A stretch of DNA of 64,000 nucleotides from Eledone cirrhosa. Its lineage: Eukaryota. The position numbers and the translations under genes are program-made. The first letter of the stretch is position 1, and each line of letters starts with the position of its first letter. Shown in pieces: positions 51,101-64,000 of the stretch. The notes under the pieces are model-generated. The model searched no databases and was not told the origin of the DNA. It saw only the letters and a program-made list of their open reading frames with translations. The stretch spans positions 3,162,001 to 3,226,000 of the forward strand of contig OZ024765.1 of assembly GCA_964016885.1 (NCBI GenBank), written 5' to 3'.

Positions 51101-54100
51101 CTAATACACACACACTCTCCCGTATATATTTAATAATCAGCTATGACCATGAAGAAGGTCCCTGTAGATCATCTGGTTGTAGGATCTAATGAACCCGAAA
51201 GAAAGTGAAAATATATTTTATGAAAGCCCCAGAAGAATAAATGTAAACATTGACCCGATTATAGTAGAAATAACAATGAGAAAGCCATGAACGCCAGCAC
51301 ATCTATTTTGCTTGGAAATTAAAAGTAGGTTTATAAATATTAATTTTTTCTTATGTTCTTGTATCTGTTTGGTAGGTGTTAGAGACTATGTAGACACTGA
51401 TGTGGTGTTCAATCTCAGTCCGAATCTGTACTATATATTTTTAAATTAAAATTTTTCTCTAGTAAAGTAAAAAATGAAATTATTATCTATAGACTTTGAC
51501 TGAAATCGAAACCCAGAGCAGGTTCTCTACCGTCTCTAATACCTACCATTAGGCCACGGAGACAGATATGAAAACAGTGTGTAAATTAATATTTATAAAG
51601 TTACTTTTTTATTTTTGTTTTATACTATAAAAAATATAATACGACACACTGCCAGTGATTGAACCCCGGACCTGGACCTCCACCGGCTCTTATACTTACC
51701 ACTAGGCTAAAGGGACGGTTACAGAAACTTACTTAAAAATTGATATTTATAAACCTACTTTTTCATTACTAGAAAAAACCGGAAGTGGAGAAAATTGAAA
51801 AACATCTTCTTTTTCTTCCTCTGATTTTTTTTTATCCAAAATTTGGATTTAAGTCAGAGACGAGTTATCGTTCGTGGCAAAAATCAGAGGAAGAAAAAGA
51901 AGAAGTTTTTCAATATTCTCCACTTCCGGTTTTTTCTAGTATAGGTAAGTAAATATTAATTTTCAAAAAATTTTTGTAACCGTCCCTGTGGCCTAATGGT
52001 AAGCACTAGAGACGGTGGAGATCCTGATTTAGGGTTCGATTTCCGTTAGCTTTTATACTAATAACTGCGTATTTGTTTCTTTTATTAAGTAAGATTTGAA
52101 CTAATAATGCTGTACTTTGTAGTAATGTCCCATATTATATTCAACATATTTTAATTAGAATTTTTTTTTTTTATAAAAGAAAGAACAAAAAACCTTATTG
52201 AAATTAAGAAATGAATTTTATTCAGTAAAGTTGTTTTTATTTTGTTTTCACTTCATTAACTGCTGAATACGTCTTTTGTTTTTGTTTTTGATTCTTTCTA
52301 ACCATTGTTTACTGTGAATGGTGACTGAACGAACCTGGATTATTACCAAGTTTCACTGGATGATTGTATTATTTTGTTGTCAGTGGACATCTGGACATCT
52401 ATCTAAATACCTGGAATAAACACAAGGTGTGTGTCTTACGTAACATTTCATTTTAATGTCTGATGTTCCTGTATTTCACATTTAAAATGTAACCAAAAAT
52501 AAACAAGACAGGGACGCTACATCAAAATAAACCACACAGACGAGGTACGAATAATCTAAAATTAATTTTAACAAACTATAAACGATGTTTAAAGAGAGAC
52601 GAACATTAAAATAGGATTTCAAACAAACACGTAAACACAAAGACAATTACAGCCGCCATAATCTAATATCTGAAGATCAACATTTTTCACGATAGAAATA
52701 AAACTAAATAAGTAAAGTTTAGTGGCCCCTGATTTACTTGTTTTAATTTCATTTTGATAATCTGTATTCTGTAGACATATATTTATGATTTTAATGATGA
52801 AATTTCCTCTTGTCTTTAAAAGATTATTACTTATAAAAATTATAATAGTCACCTCCTCCTCTCGATTAATATATAGCATCATTCGAGGTAGCTTACCCAC
52901 AGGGGTTCCTCAACTGGGCGGTTTCAACTGTTGGGTGGGCGATGAGCAGCTGAACAGAAAATTGAGGGCCATTGGAAACTTTGGTGGCCGATATAGAATT
53001 TTGAGATTTAAGAAGGTATGCTACCCGAAAACCTATTCAAGGAATATATGCAAAGAACCTGAATAAATATCAGGAAGCTAATTGGGAAAATTAAACCAGG
53101 AACAAACATTTACGAAACATATTTGGTATACTTTGGAATATTTACTATACAGGTGGCTGCTGGAACATTTTTTCATGTGAATGTGGGAAATGACGCCAAA
53201 ATATTTGGCAACCCTTGGCTCACACCTTACTAAATGTTCTGGAGACAAGCCTCTTAGCTATATATCATAGTTCTTCAATCCTTCATCTTCCACAGTTGGT
53301 GAAGTATTTCGATTTGATATGACGATCGCAGAGTTAGATTTAGGACGTGGTGGCGTTCATGGGTTTCTTAGTGTTGTTACTAGAAAGGGTCGACTCTGTC
53401 TTTCACACTTCAGGTTTTTTCATGAATTAAATATCCATTTTCTTTCTGATCGGTCTAACAATGATTTGAACCTACAATGACTCCGTCTGTAATAATGTTC
53501 TCTTATTTGAAATATGCCATACCTAACTCCCGTGTCTGTGTGAAAAATATTCCAACTTAGAGCGACGTGCCCGTAAATTGTTTAGCCCGATTCCTATATA
53601 TAGATAATGTGTAATATTTGAACCTTCATGGAGGGTCTTTGCCGTAATTTCCCGTAACTCCGACTAGAAGTCATTATGTAGTTTTTTCGTCCGTTAAAAA
53701 TAATGATTAAAACAATTCTATATCCACCTCTTCATCACATATTATATTATTTCCACCAATAACTACACTATATCCTTAAATATGACACCAAGACATATAA
53801 TTTGTAAATAAAAGATAAAATATTAAAACCTCAATTTTTAAATAATTTTACCCCCACCTTTGTGTTCTCAGTGTTTAGATTAACCCATAATTTTATGATT
53901 TTGGAGCATATAACTTATAGTACCAGTCATGTACTGGGATCAATTTAACGGATTGGTTCCTCCCCGCAAATTACTTGACTTTTGCCTAAGTAAGACATAC
54001 TCACAGAATGTATCGATGTATATGTATGAATGTATATATATATTAGTATATTTTATGTTTACAATAAAAATAGACAAACAATTTAATGATAATATGAAAT

Positions 54101-57100
54101 GAAATTATTATTATTTATTAATAATATTTTTATTGTTTTCACTGCATTAACTTCTGAGTGTGACTTTGTTTTTCTTACTATTTTCTACTGTAAATGGCGG
54201 CTTAATTGGATTATTACTAAGGTTTACTGGATTGTGGTGTTTCTTTATTGTTTTATATTTCAATCAGTGGACATCAGGATAGCTTTCTATATACCTGGGA
54301 TAAATGTAAACAGTACTGACTTTCATCTGCAGTTCAATGGTGATGTCTTCTTATATTTTCATTTACTTCTGCAATACTGTATATTGTAGTCTTTTCATTA
54401 TTTTAAATATTTCTATCATGTCACTCGTTTGATATATCTCCCCGAAAGATATAGTTATTCAGAGCTTTACATTGGAATAGTGTACTACTATTTAAATATT
54501 AGTCCTTTAAATATATATTTCTATCATGTCCCCCCCCCCCCTCTTAGATTTATCTCCTCTAAATTTGCAATCCCTAAAGTTTAACATCTTTCTTTAGAAG
54601 ACAGATTTCTTAATAATTCTGGTGTTTTCTGTTTTGTTCTTTTCTGGATTCCTTCAATAGCTTCTCCGTATTTTCTGAAGTCGTCTGACCATGCCCCCAA
54701 AACAATATTCTAGGTCGTATCACACATATCATTCAACTAGTGTTTTAGACCTCTCGACATTTAGCTAGGCAAAGGAATGTTTTATTATTCCTATCATCTG
54801 AATTCCTTTTTTTTCTTCAACATGTTTAGCCATCTTTAAAATCATATTCATACATATTCACAATTCCTCGTGGAGGGGTATAAGAGACATGTATAAATAT
54901 AGCTGCATATTACTACAAAATAACTTGAACCATATCGCGAAACATTTTGTAAAGTATCTCTGTAATTATTCTCATTTCGATTTTCTGTAGAATGTATTGA
55001 CGTTTAAGATAGAGACAATTGCCCTTCTTCTAATAATCTCTTTGTCCATTCCATGTTTAGTCTCACAAAATATTGTTAATGCAAGATTTTGCTCTAATGT
55101 AATAAATGTTACTTTTAAAAGACCGAAGTTCTCAATTTTCTTCTTTCTCTTGTATATTGATATCTAAAGGATGACAAATGTATGAATTATGTGATAGGGA
55201 GGAAAAAAAAGCCACGACCTTCTTCTCTCGTTACAGAAGGCTAACTGACAACGTCTTTCGCAGGAGTGACTAGTACTACTGCCTTTTATATACCGTGACA
55301 ACTGGAAAGACGTGACAAATAAGGATACACTCTGCTCTCCTTATCAACATTGTCCGAGTCTGAGGACCTTTCCTCCCTGGTTAAGGAGTGAGATAAAATA
55401 TTAGGGATCAATCTCTAGCAATAATTTCATTAAATCATATTTAACCAGAGACTGTTATGTCGTGGTTGTTGCTATATTTTATAGTCGTGGTTTCAATGTT
55501 TAACAGGGGTTGTAGAATTAGCTTTATCTAATTATTATCAAACAAAACAGATTTATATATTGTCGCCGTTGTACGTTAAAATCACATATATATTTATATA
55601 CACACCAAGGATGGAGGGACGACGGAATTGAAAACCATTATTGCTGAGTACATCACGGCAAGATCTAATACACACACACTCTCCCGTATATATTTAATAA
55701 TCAGCTATGACCATGAAGAAGGTCCCTGTAGATCATCTGGTTGTAGGATCTAATGAACCCGAAAGAAAGTGAAAATATATTTTATGAAAGCCCCAGAAGA
55801 ATAAATGTAAACATTGACCCGATTATAGTAGAAATAACAATGAGAAAGCCATGAACGCCAGCACATCTATTTTGCTTGGAAATTAAAAGTAGGTTTATAA
55901 ATATTAATTTTTTCTTATGTTCTTGTATCTGTTTGGTAGGTGTTAGAGACTATGTAGACACTGATGTGGTGTTCAATCTCAGTCCGAATCTGTACTATAT
56001 ATTTTTAAATTAAAATTTTTCTCTAGTAAAGTAAAAAATGAAATTATTATCTATAGACTTTGACTGAAATCGAAACCCAGAGCAGGTTCTCCACCGTTTC
56101 TAATACCTACCATTAGGCCACGGAGACAGATATGAAAACAGTGTGTAAATTAATATTTATAAAGTTACTTTTTTATTTTTGTTTTATACTATAAAAAATA
56201 TAATACGACACACTGCCAGTGATTGAACCCCGGACCTGGACCTCCACCGGCTCTTATACTTACCACTAGGCTAAAGGGACGATTACAGAAACTTACTTAA
56301 AAATTGATATTTATAAACCTACTTTTTCATTACTAGAAAAAACCGGAAGTGGAGAAAATTGAAAAACATCTTCTTTTTCTTCCTCTGATTTTTTTTTATC
56401 CAAAATTTGGATTTAAGTCAGAGACGAGTTATCGTTCGTGGCAAAAATCAGAGGAAGAAAAAGAAGAAGTTTTTCAATTTTCTCCACTTCCGGTTTTTTC
56501 TAGTATAGGTAAGTAAATATTAATTTTCAAAAAATTTTTGTAACCGTCCCTGTGGCCTAATGGTAAGCACTAGAGACGGTGGAGATCCTGATTTAGGGTT
56601 CGATTTCCGTTAGCTTTTATACTAATAACTGCGTATTTGTTTCTTTTATTAAGTAAGATTTGAACTAATAATGCTGTACTTTGTAGTAATGTCCCATATT
56701 ATATTCAACATATTTTAATTAGAATTTTTTTTTTTTATAAAAGAAAGAACAAAAAACCTTATTGAAATTAAGAAATGAATTTTATTCAGTAAAGTTGTTT
56801 TTATTTTGTTTTCACTTCATTAACTGCTGAATACGTCTTTTGTTTTTGTTTTTGATTCTTTCTAACCATTGTTTACTGTGAATGGTGACTGCAACTAACC
56901 TGGATTATTACCAAGTTTCACTGGATGATTGTATTATTTTGTTGTCAGTGGACATCTGGACATCTATCTAAATACCTGGAATAAACACAAGGTGTGTGTT
57001 TTACGTAACATTTCATTTTAATGTCTGATGTTCCTGTATTTCACATTTAAAATGTAACCAAAAATAAACAAGACAGGGACGCTACATCAAAATAAACCAC

Positions 57101-60100
57101 ACAGACGAGGTACGAATAATCTAAAATTAATTTTAACAAACTATAAACGATGTTTAAAGAGAGACGAACATTAAAATAGGATTTCAAACAAACACGTAAA
57201 CACAAAGACAATTACAGCCGCCATAATCTAATATCTGAAGATCAACATTTTTCACGATAGAAATAAAACTAAATATGTAAAGTTTAGTGGCCCCTGATTT
57301 ACTTGCTTTTAATTTCATTTTGATAATCTGTATTCTGTAGACATATATTTATGATTTTAATGATGAAATTTCCTCTTGTCTTTAAAAGATTATTACTTAT
57401 AAAAATTATAATAGTCACCTCCTCCTCTCGATTAATATGTAGCTTACCCACAGGGGTTCCTCAATTGGGCGGTTTCAACTGTTGGGTGCGCGATGAGCAG
57501 CTGAACAGAAAATTGAGGGCCATTGGAAACTTTGGTGGCCGATATAGAATTTTGAGATTTAAGAAGGTATGCTACCCGAAAACCTATTCAAGGAATATAT
57601 GCAAAGAACCTGAATAAATATCAGGAAGCTAATTGGGAAAATTAAACCAGGAACAAACATTTACGAAACATATTTGGTATACTTTGGAATATTTACTATA
57701 CAGGTGGCTGCTGGAACATTTTTTCATGTGAATGTGGGAAATGACGCCAAAATATTTGGCAACCCTTGGCTTACACCTTACTAAATGTTCTGGAGACAAG
57801 CCTCTTCGCTATATATCATAGTTCTTCAATCCTTCCTCTTCCACAGTTGGTGAAGTATTTCGATTTGATATGACGATCGCAGAGTTAGATTTAGGACGTG
57901 GTGGCGTTCATGGGTTTCTTAGTGTTGTTACTAGAAAGGGTCGACTCTGTCTTTCACACTTCAGGTTTTTTCATGAATTAAATATCCATTTTCTTTCTGA
58001 TCGGTCTAACAATGATTTCAACCTACAATGACTCCGTCTGTAATAATGTTCTCTTATTTGAAATATGCCATACCTAACTCCCGTGTCTGTGTGTGTGAAA
58101 AATATTCCAACTTAGAGCGACGTGCCCGTAAATTGTTTAGCCTGATTCCTATATATAGATAATGTGTAATATTTGAACCTTCATGGAGGGTCTTTGCCGT
58201 AATTTCCCGTAACTCCGACTAGAAGTCATTATGTAGTTTTTTCGTCCGTTAAAAATAATGATTAAAACAATTCTATATCCACAGTTATATACACCTCATC
58301 ACATATTATATTATTTCCACCAATAACTACATTATATCCTTAAATATGACACCAAGACATATAATTTGTAAATAAAAGATAAAATATTAAAACCTCAATT
58401 TTTAAATAATTTTACCCCACCTTTGTGTTCTCAGTGTTTAGATTAACCCATAATTTTATGATTTTGGAGCATATAACTTATAGTACCAGTCATGTACTGG
58501 TATCAATTTAACGGATTGGTTCCTCCCCGCAAATTACTTGACTTTTGCCTAAGTAAGACATACTCACAGAATGTATCGATGTATATGTATGAATGTTTAT
58601 ATATATTAGTATATTTCATGTTTACAATAATAATAGACAAACAATTTAATGATAATATGAAATGAAATTATTATTATTTATTAATAATATTTTTATTGTT
58701 TTCACTGCATTAACTTCTGAGTGTGACTTTGTTTTTCTTACTATTTTCTACTGTAAATGGCGGCTTAATTGGATTATTACTAAGGTTTACTGGATTGTGG
58801 TGTTTCTTTATTGTTTTATATTTCAATCAGTGGACATCAGGATAGCTTTCTATATACCTGGGATAAATGTAAACAGTACTGACTTTCATCTGCAGTTCAA
58901 TGGTGATGTCTTCTTATATTTTCATTTACTTCTGCAATACTGTATATTGTAGTCTTTTCATTATTTTAAATATTTCTATCATGTCACTCGTTTGATATAT
59001 CTCCCCGAAAGATATAGTTATTCAGAGCTTTACATTGGAATAGTGTACTACTATTTAAATATTAGTCCTTTAAATATATATTTCTATCATGTCCCGTCCC
59101 CCCCCCCTCTTAGATTTATCTCCTCTAAATTTGCAATCCCTAAAGTTTAACATCTTTCTTTAGAAGACAGATTTCTTAATAATTCTGGTGTTTTCTGTTT
59201 TGTTCTTTTCTGGATTCCTTCAATAGCTTCTCCGTATTTTCTGAAGTCGTCTGACCATGCCCCCAAAACAATATTCTAGGTCGTATCACACATATCATTC
59301 AACTAGTGTTTTAGACCTCTCGACATTTAGCTAGGCAAAGGAATGTTTTATTATTCCTATCATCTGAATTCCTTTTTTTTCTTCAACATGTTTAGCCATC
59401 TTTAAAATCATATTCATACATATTCACAATTCCTCGTGGAGGGGTATAAGAGACATGTATAAATATAGCTGCATATTACTACAAAATAACTTGAACCATA
59501 TCGCGAAACATTTTGTAAAGTATCTCTGTAATTATTCTCATTTCGATTTTCTGTAGAATGTATTGACGTTTAAGATAGAGACAATTGCCCTTCTTCTAAT
59601 AATCTCTTTGTCCATTCCATGTTTAGTCTCACAAAATATTGTTAATGCAAGATTTTGCTCTAATGTAATAAATGTTACTTTTAAAAGACCGAAGTTCTCA
59701 ATTTTCTTCTTTCTCTTGTATATTGATATCTAAAGGATGACAAATGTATGAATTATGTGATAGGGAGGAAAAAAAAGCCACGACCTTCTTCTCTCGTTAC
59801 AGAAGGCTAACTGACAACGTCTTTCGCAGGAGTGACTAGTACTACTGCCTTTTATATACCGTGACAACTGGAAAGACGTGACAAATAAGGATACACTCTG
59901 CTCTCCTTATCAACATTGTCCGAGTCTGAGGACCTTTCCTCCCTGGTTAAGGAGTGAGATAAAATATTAGGGATCAATCTCTAGCAATAATTTCATTAAA
60001 TCATATTTAACCAGAGACTGTTATGTCGTGGTTGTTGCTATATTTTATAGTCGTGGTTTCAATGTTTAACAGGGGTTGTAGAATTAGCTTTATCTAATTA

Positions 60101-63100
60101 TTATCAAACAAAACAGATTTATATATTGTCGCCGTTGTACGTTAAAATCACATATATATTTATATACACACCAAGGATGGAGGGACGACGGAATTGAAAA
60201 CCATTATTGCTGAGTACATCACGGCAAGATCTAATACACACACACTCTCCCGTATATATTTAATAATCAGCTATGACCATGAAGAAGGTCCCTGTAGATC
60301 ATCTGGTTGTAGGATCTAATGAACCCGAAAGAAAGTGAAAATATATTTTATGAAAGCCCCAGAAGAATAAATGTAAACATTGACCCGATTATAGTAGAAA
60401 TAACAATGAGAAAGCCATGAACGCCAGCACATCTATTTTGCTTGGAAATTAAAAGTAGGTTTATAAATATTAATTTTTTCTTATGTTCTTGTATCTGTTT
60501 GGTAGGTGTTAGAGACTATGTAGACACTGATGTGGTGTTCAATCTCAGTCCGAATCTGTACTATATATTTTTAAATTAAAATTTTTCTCTAGTAAAGTAA
60601 AAAATGAAATTATTATCTATAGACTTTGACTGAAATCGAAACCCAGAGCAGGTTCTCTACCGTCTCTAATACCTACCATTAGGCCACGGAGACAGATATG
60701 AAAACAGTGTGTAAATTAATATTTATAAAGTTACTTTTTTATTTTTGTTTTATACTATAAAAAATATAATACGACACACTGCCAGTGATTGAACCCCGGA
60801 CCTGGACCTCCACCGGCTCTTATACTTACCACTAGGCTAAAGGGACGGTTACAGAAACTTACTTAAAAATTGATATTTATAAACCTACTTTTTCATTACT
60901 AGAAAAAACCGGAAGTGGAGAAAATTGAAAAACATCTTCTTTTTCTTCCTCTGATTTTTTTTTATCCAAAATTTGGATTTAAGTCAGAGACGAGTTATCG
61001 TTCGTGGCAAAAATCAGAGGAAGAAAAAGAAGAAGTTTTTCAATATTCTCCACTTCCGGTTTTTTCTAGTATAGGTAAGTAAATATTAATTTTCAAAAAA
61101 TTTTTGTAACCGTCCCTGTGGCCTAATGGTAAGCACTAGAGACGGTGGAGATCCTGATTTAGGGTTCGATTTCCGTTAGCTTTTATACTAATAACTGCGT
61201 ATTTGTTTCTTTTATTAAGTAAGATTTGAACTAATAATGCTGTACTTTGTAGTAATGTCCCATATTATATTCAACATATTTTAATTAGAATTTTTTTTTT
61301 TTATAAAAGAAAGAACAAAAAACCTTATTGAAATTAAGAAATGAATTTTATTCAGTAAAGTTGTTTTTATTTTGTTTTCACTTCATTAACTGCTGAATAC
61401 GTCTTTTGTTTTTGTTTTTGATTCTTTCTAACCATTGTTTACTGTGAATGGTGACTGAACGAACCTGGATTATTACCAAGTTTCACTGGATGATTGTATT
61501 ATTTTGTTGTCAGTGGACATCTGGACATCTATCTAAATACCTGGAATAAACACAAGGTGTGTGTCTTACGTAACATTTCATTTTAATGTCTGATGTTCCT
61601 GTATTTCACATTTAAAATGTAACCAAAAATAAACAAGACAGGGACGCTACATCAAAATAAACCACACAGACGAGGTACGAATAATCTAAAATTAATTTTA
61701 ACAAACTATAAACGATGTTTAAAGAGAGACGAACATTAAAATAGGATTTCAAACAAACACGTAAACACAAAGACAATTACAGCCGCCATAATCTAATATC
61801 TGAAGATCAACATTTTTCACGATAGAAATAAAACTAAATAAGTAAAGTTTAGTGGCCCCTGATTTACTTGTTTTAATTTCATTTTGATAATCTGTATTCT
61901 GTAGACATATATTTATGATTTTAATGATGAAATTTCCTCTTGTCTTTAAAAGATTATTACTTATAAAAATTATAATAGTCACCTCCTCCTCTCGATTAAT
62001 ATATAGCATCATTCGAGGTAGCTTACCCACAGGGGTTCCTCAACTGGGCGGTTTCAACTGTTGGGTGGGCGATGAGCAGCTGAACAGAAAATTGAGGGCC
62101 ATTGGAAACTTTGGTGGCCGATATAGAATTTTGAGATTTAAGAAGGTATGCTACCCGAAAACCTATTCAAGGAATATATGCAAAGAACCTGAATAAATAT
62201 CAGGAAGCTAATTGGGAAAATTAAACCAGGAACAAACATTTACGAAACATATTTGGTATACTTTGGAATATTTACTATACAGGTGGCTGCTGGAACATTT
62301 TTTCATGTGAATGTGGGAAATGACGCCAAAATATTTGGCAACCCTTGGCTCACACCTTACTAAATGTTCTGGAGACAAGCCTCTTAGCTATATATCATAG
62401 TTCTTCAATCCTTCATCTTCCACAGTTGGTGAAGTATTTCGATTTGATATGACGATCGCAGAGTTAGATTTAGGACGTGGTGGCGTTCATGGGTTTCTTA
62501 GTGTTGTTACTAGAAAGGGTCGACTCTGTCTTTCACACTTCAGGTTTTTTCATGAATTAAATATCCATTTTCTTTCTGATCGGTCTAACAATGATTTGAA
62601 CCTACAATGACTCCGTCTGTAATAATGTTCTCTTATTTGAAATATGCCATACCTAACTCCCGTGTCTGTGTGAAAAATATTCCAACTTAGAGCGACGTGC
62701 CCGTAAATTGTTTAGCCCGATTCCTATATATAGATAATGTGTAATATTTGAACCTTCATGGAGGGTCTTTGCCGTAATTTCCCGTAACTCCGACTAGAAG
62801 TCATTATGTAGTTTTTTCGTCCGTTAAAAATAATGATTAAAACAATTCTATATCCACCTCTTCATCACATATTATATTATTTCCACCAATAACTACACTA
62901 TATCCTTAAATATGACACCAAGACATATAATTTGTAAATAAAAGATAAAATATTAAAACCTCAATTTTTAAATAATTTTACCCCCACCTTTGTGTTCTCA
63001 GTGTTTAGATTAACCCATAATTTTATGATTTTGGAGCATATAACTTATAGTACCAGTCATGTACTGGGATCAATTTAACGGATTGGTTCCTCCCCGCAAA

Positions 63101-64000
63101 TTACTTGACTTTTGCCTAAGTAAGACATACTCACAGAATGTATCGATGTATATGTATGAATGTATATATATATTAGTATATTTTATGTTTACAATAAAAA
63201 TAGACAAACAATTTAATGATAATATGAAATGAAATTATTATTATTTATTAATAATATTTTTATTGTTTTCACTGCATTAACTTCTGAGTGTGACTTTGTT
63301 TTTCTTACTATTTTCTACTGTAAATGGCGGCTTAATTGGATTATTACTAAGGTTTACTGGATTGTGGTGTTTCTTTATTGTTTTATATTTCAATCAGTGG
63401 ACATCAGGATAGCTTTCTATATACCTGGGATAAATGTAAACAGTACTGACTTTCATCTGCAGTTCAATGGTGATGTCTTCTTATATTTTCATTTACTTCT
63501 GCAATACTGTATATTGTAGTCTTTTCATTATTTTAAATATTTCTATCATGTCACTCGTTTGATATATCTCCCCGAAAGATATAGTTATTCAGAGCTTTAC
63601 ATTGGAATAGTGTACTACTATTTAAATATTAGTCCTTTAAATATATATTTCTATCATGTCCCCCCCCCCCCTCTTAGATTTATCTCCTCTAAATTTGCAA
63701 TCCCTAAAGTTTAACATCTTTCTTTAGAAGACAGATTTCTTAATAATTCTGGTGTTTTCTGTTTTGTTCTTTTCTGGATTCCTTCAATAGCTTCTCCGTA
63801 TTTTCTGAAGTCGTCTGACCATGCCCCCAAAACAATATTCTAGGTCGTATCACACATATCATTCAACTAGTGTTTTAGACCTCTCGACATTTAGCTAGGC
63901 AAAGGAATGTTTTATTATTCCTATCATCTGAATTCCTTTTTTTTCTTCAACATGTTTAGCCATCTTTAAAATCATATTCATACATATTCACAATTCCTCG

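Larger units (their letters stand above)
19649..64000. repeat. macrosatellite: head-to-tail array of about 4.56-kb units (9 full + 1 partial, continues past the window)
   Basis: Unit starts (ttaatatttataaagttac) at 19649, 24215, 28770, 33321, 37881, 42446, 47020, 51586, 56150, 60716, giving lengths of 4551-4574; identical short ORFs recur with the same period. Confidence 0.99.

Overview
Animal genomic DNA, very AT- and microsatellite-rich. The SINE family and repeat landscape suggest an octopus/coleoid cephalopod (inference). Bases 1-3170 hold the last three coding exons of a RhoGAP gene of the ARHGAP1/8 (p50RhoGAP) type. Bases 3.2-19.6 kb are a patchwork of (TA)n/(TG)n tracts, minisatellites, tRNA-derived SINEs, RTE and CR1 LINE fragments, a mariner relic and several foldback elements. 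From 19649 to the window end is a head-to-tail macrosatellite of about 4.56 kb units (9 full units plus about 0.7), nearly identical by eye. It has no credible intact ORF. Each unit junction carries a 175-bp palindrome flanked by 3-4 tRNA-like Pol III modules (upstream TATA-like motif, A box, B box, T-run) that do not fold as tRNAs. The rest of the unit consists of decayed TE relics, two diverged copies of a ~250-bp segment, and two TATA-led minus-strand segments. The array and its Pol III/palindrome cassette are the best candidate for an undescribed system; any function is inference only. All alignments were done by eye.
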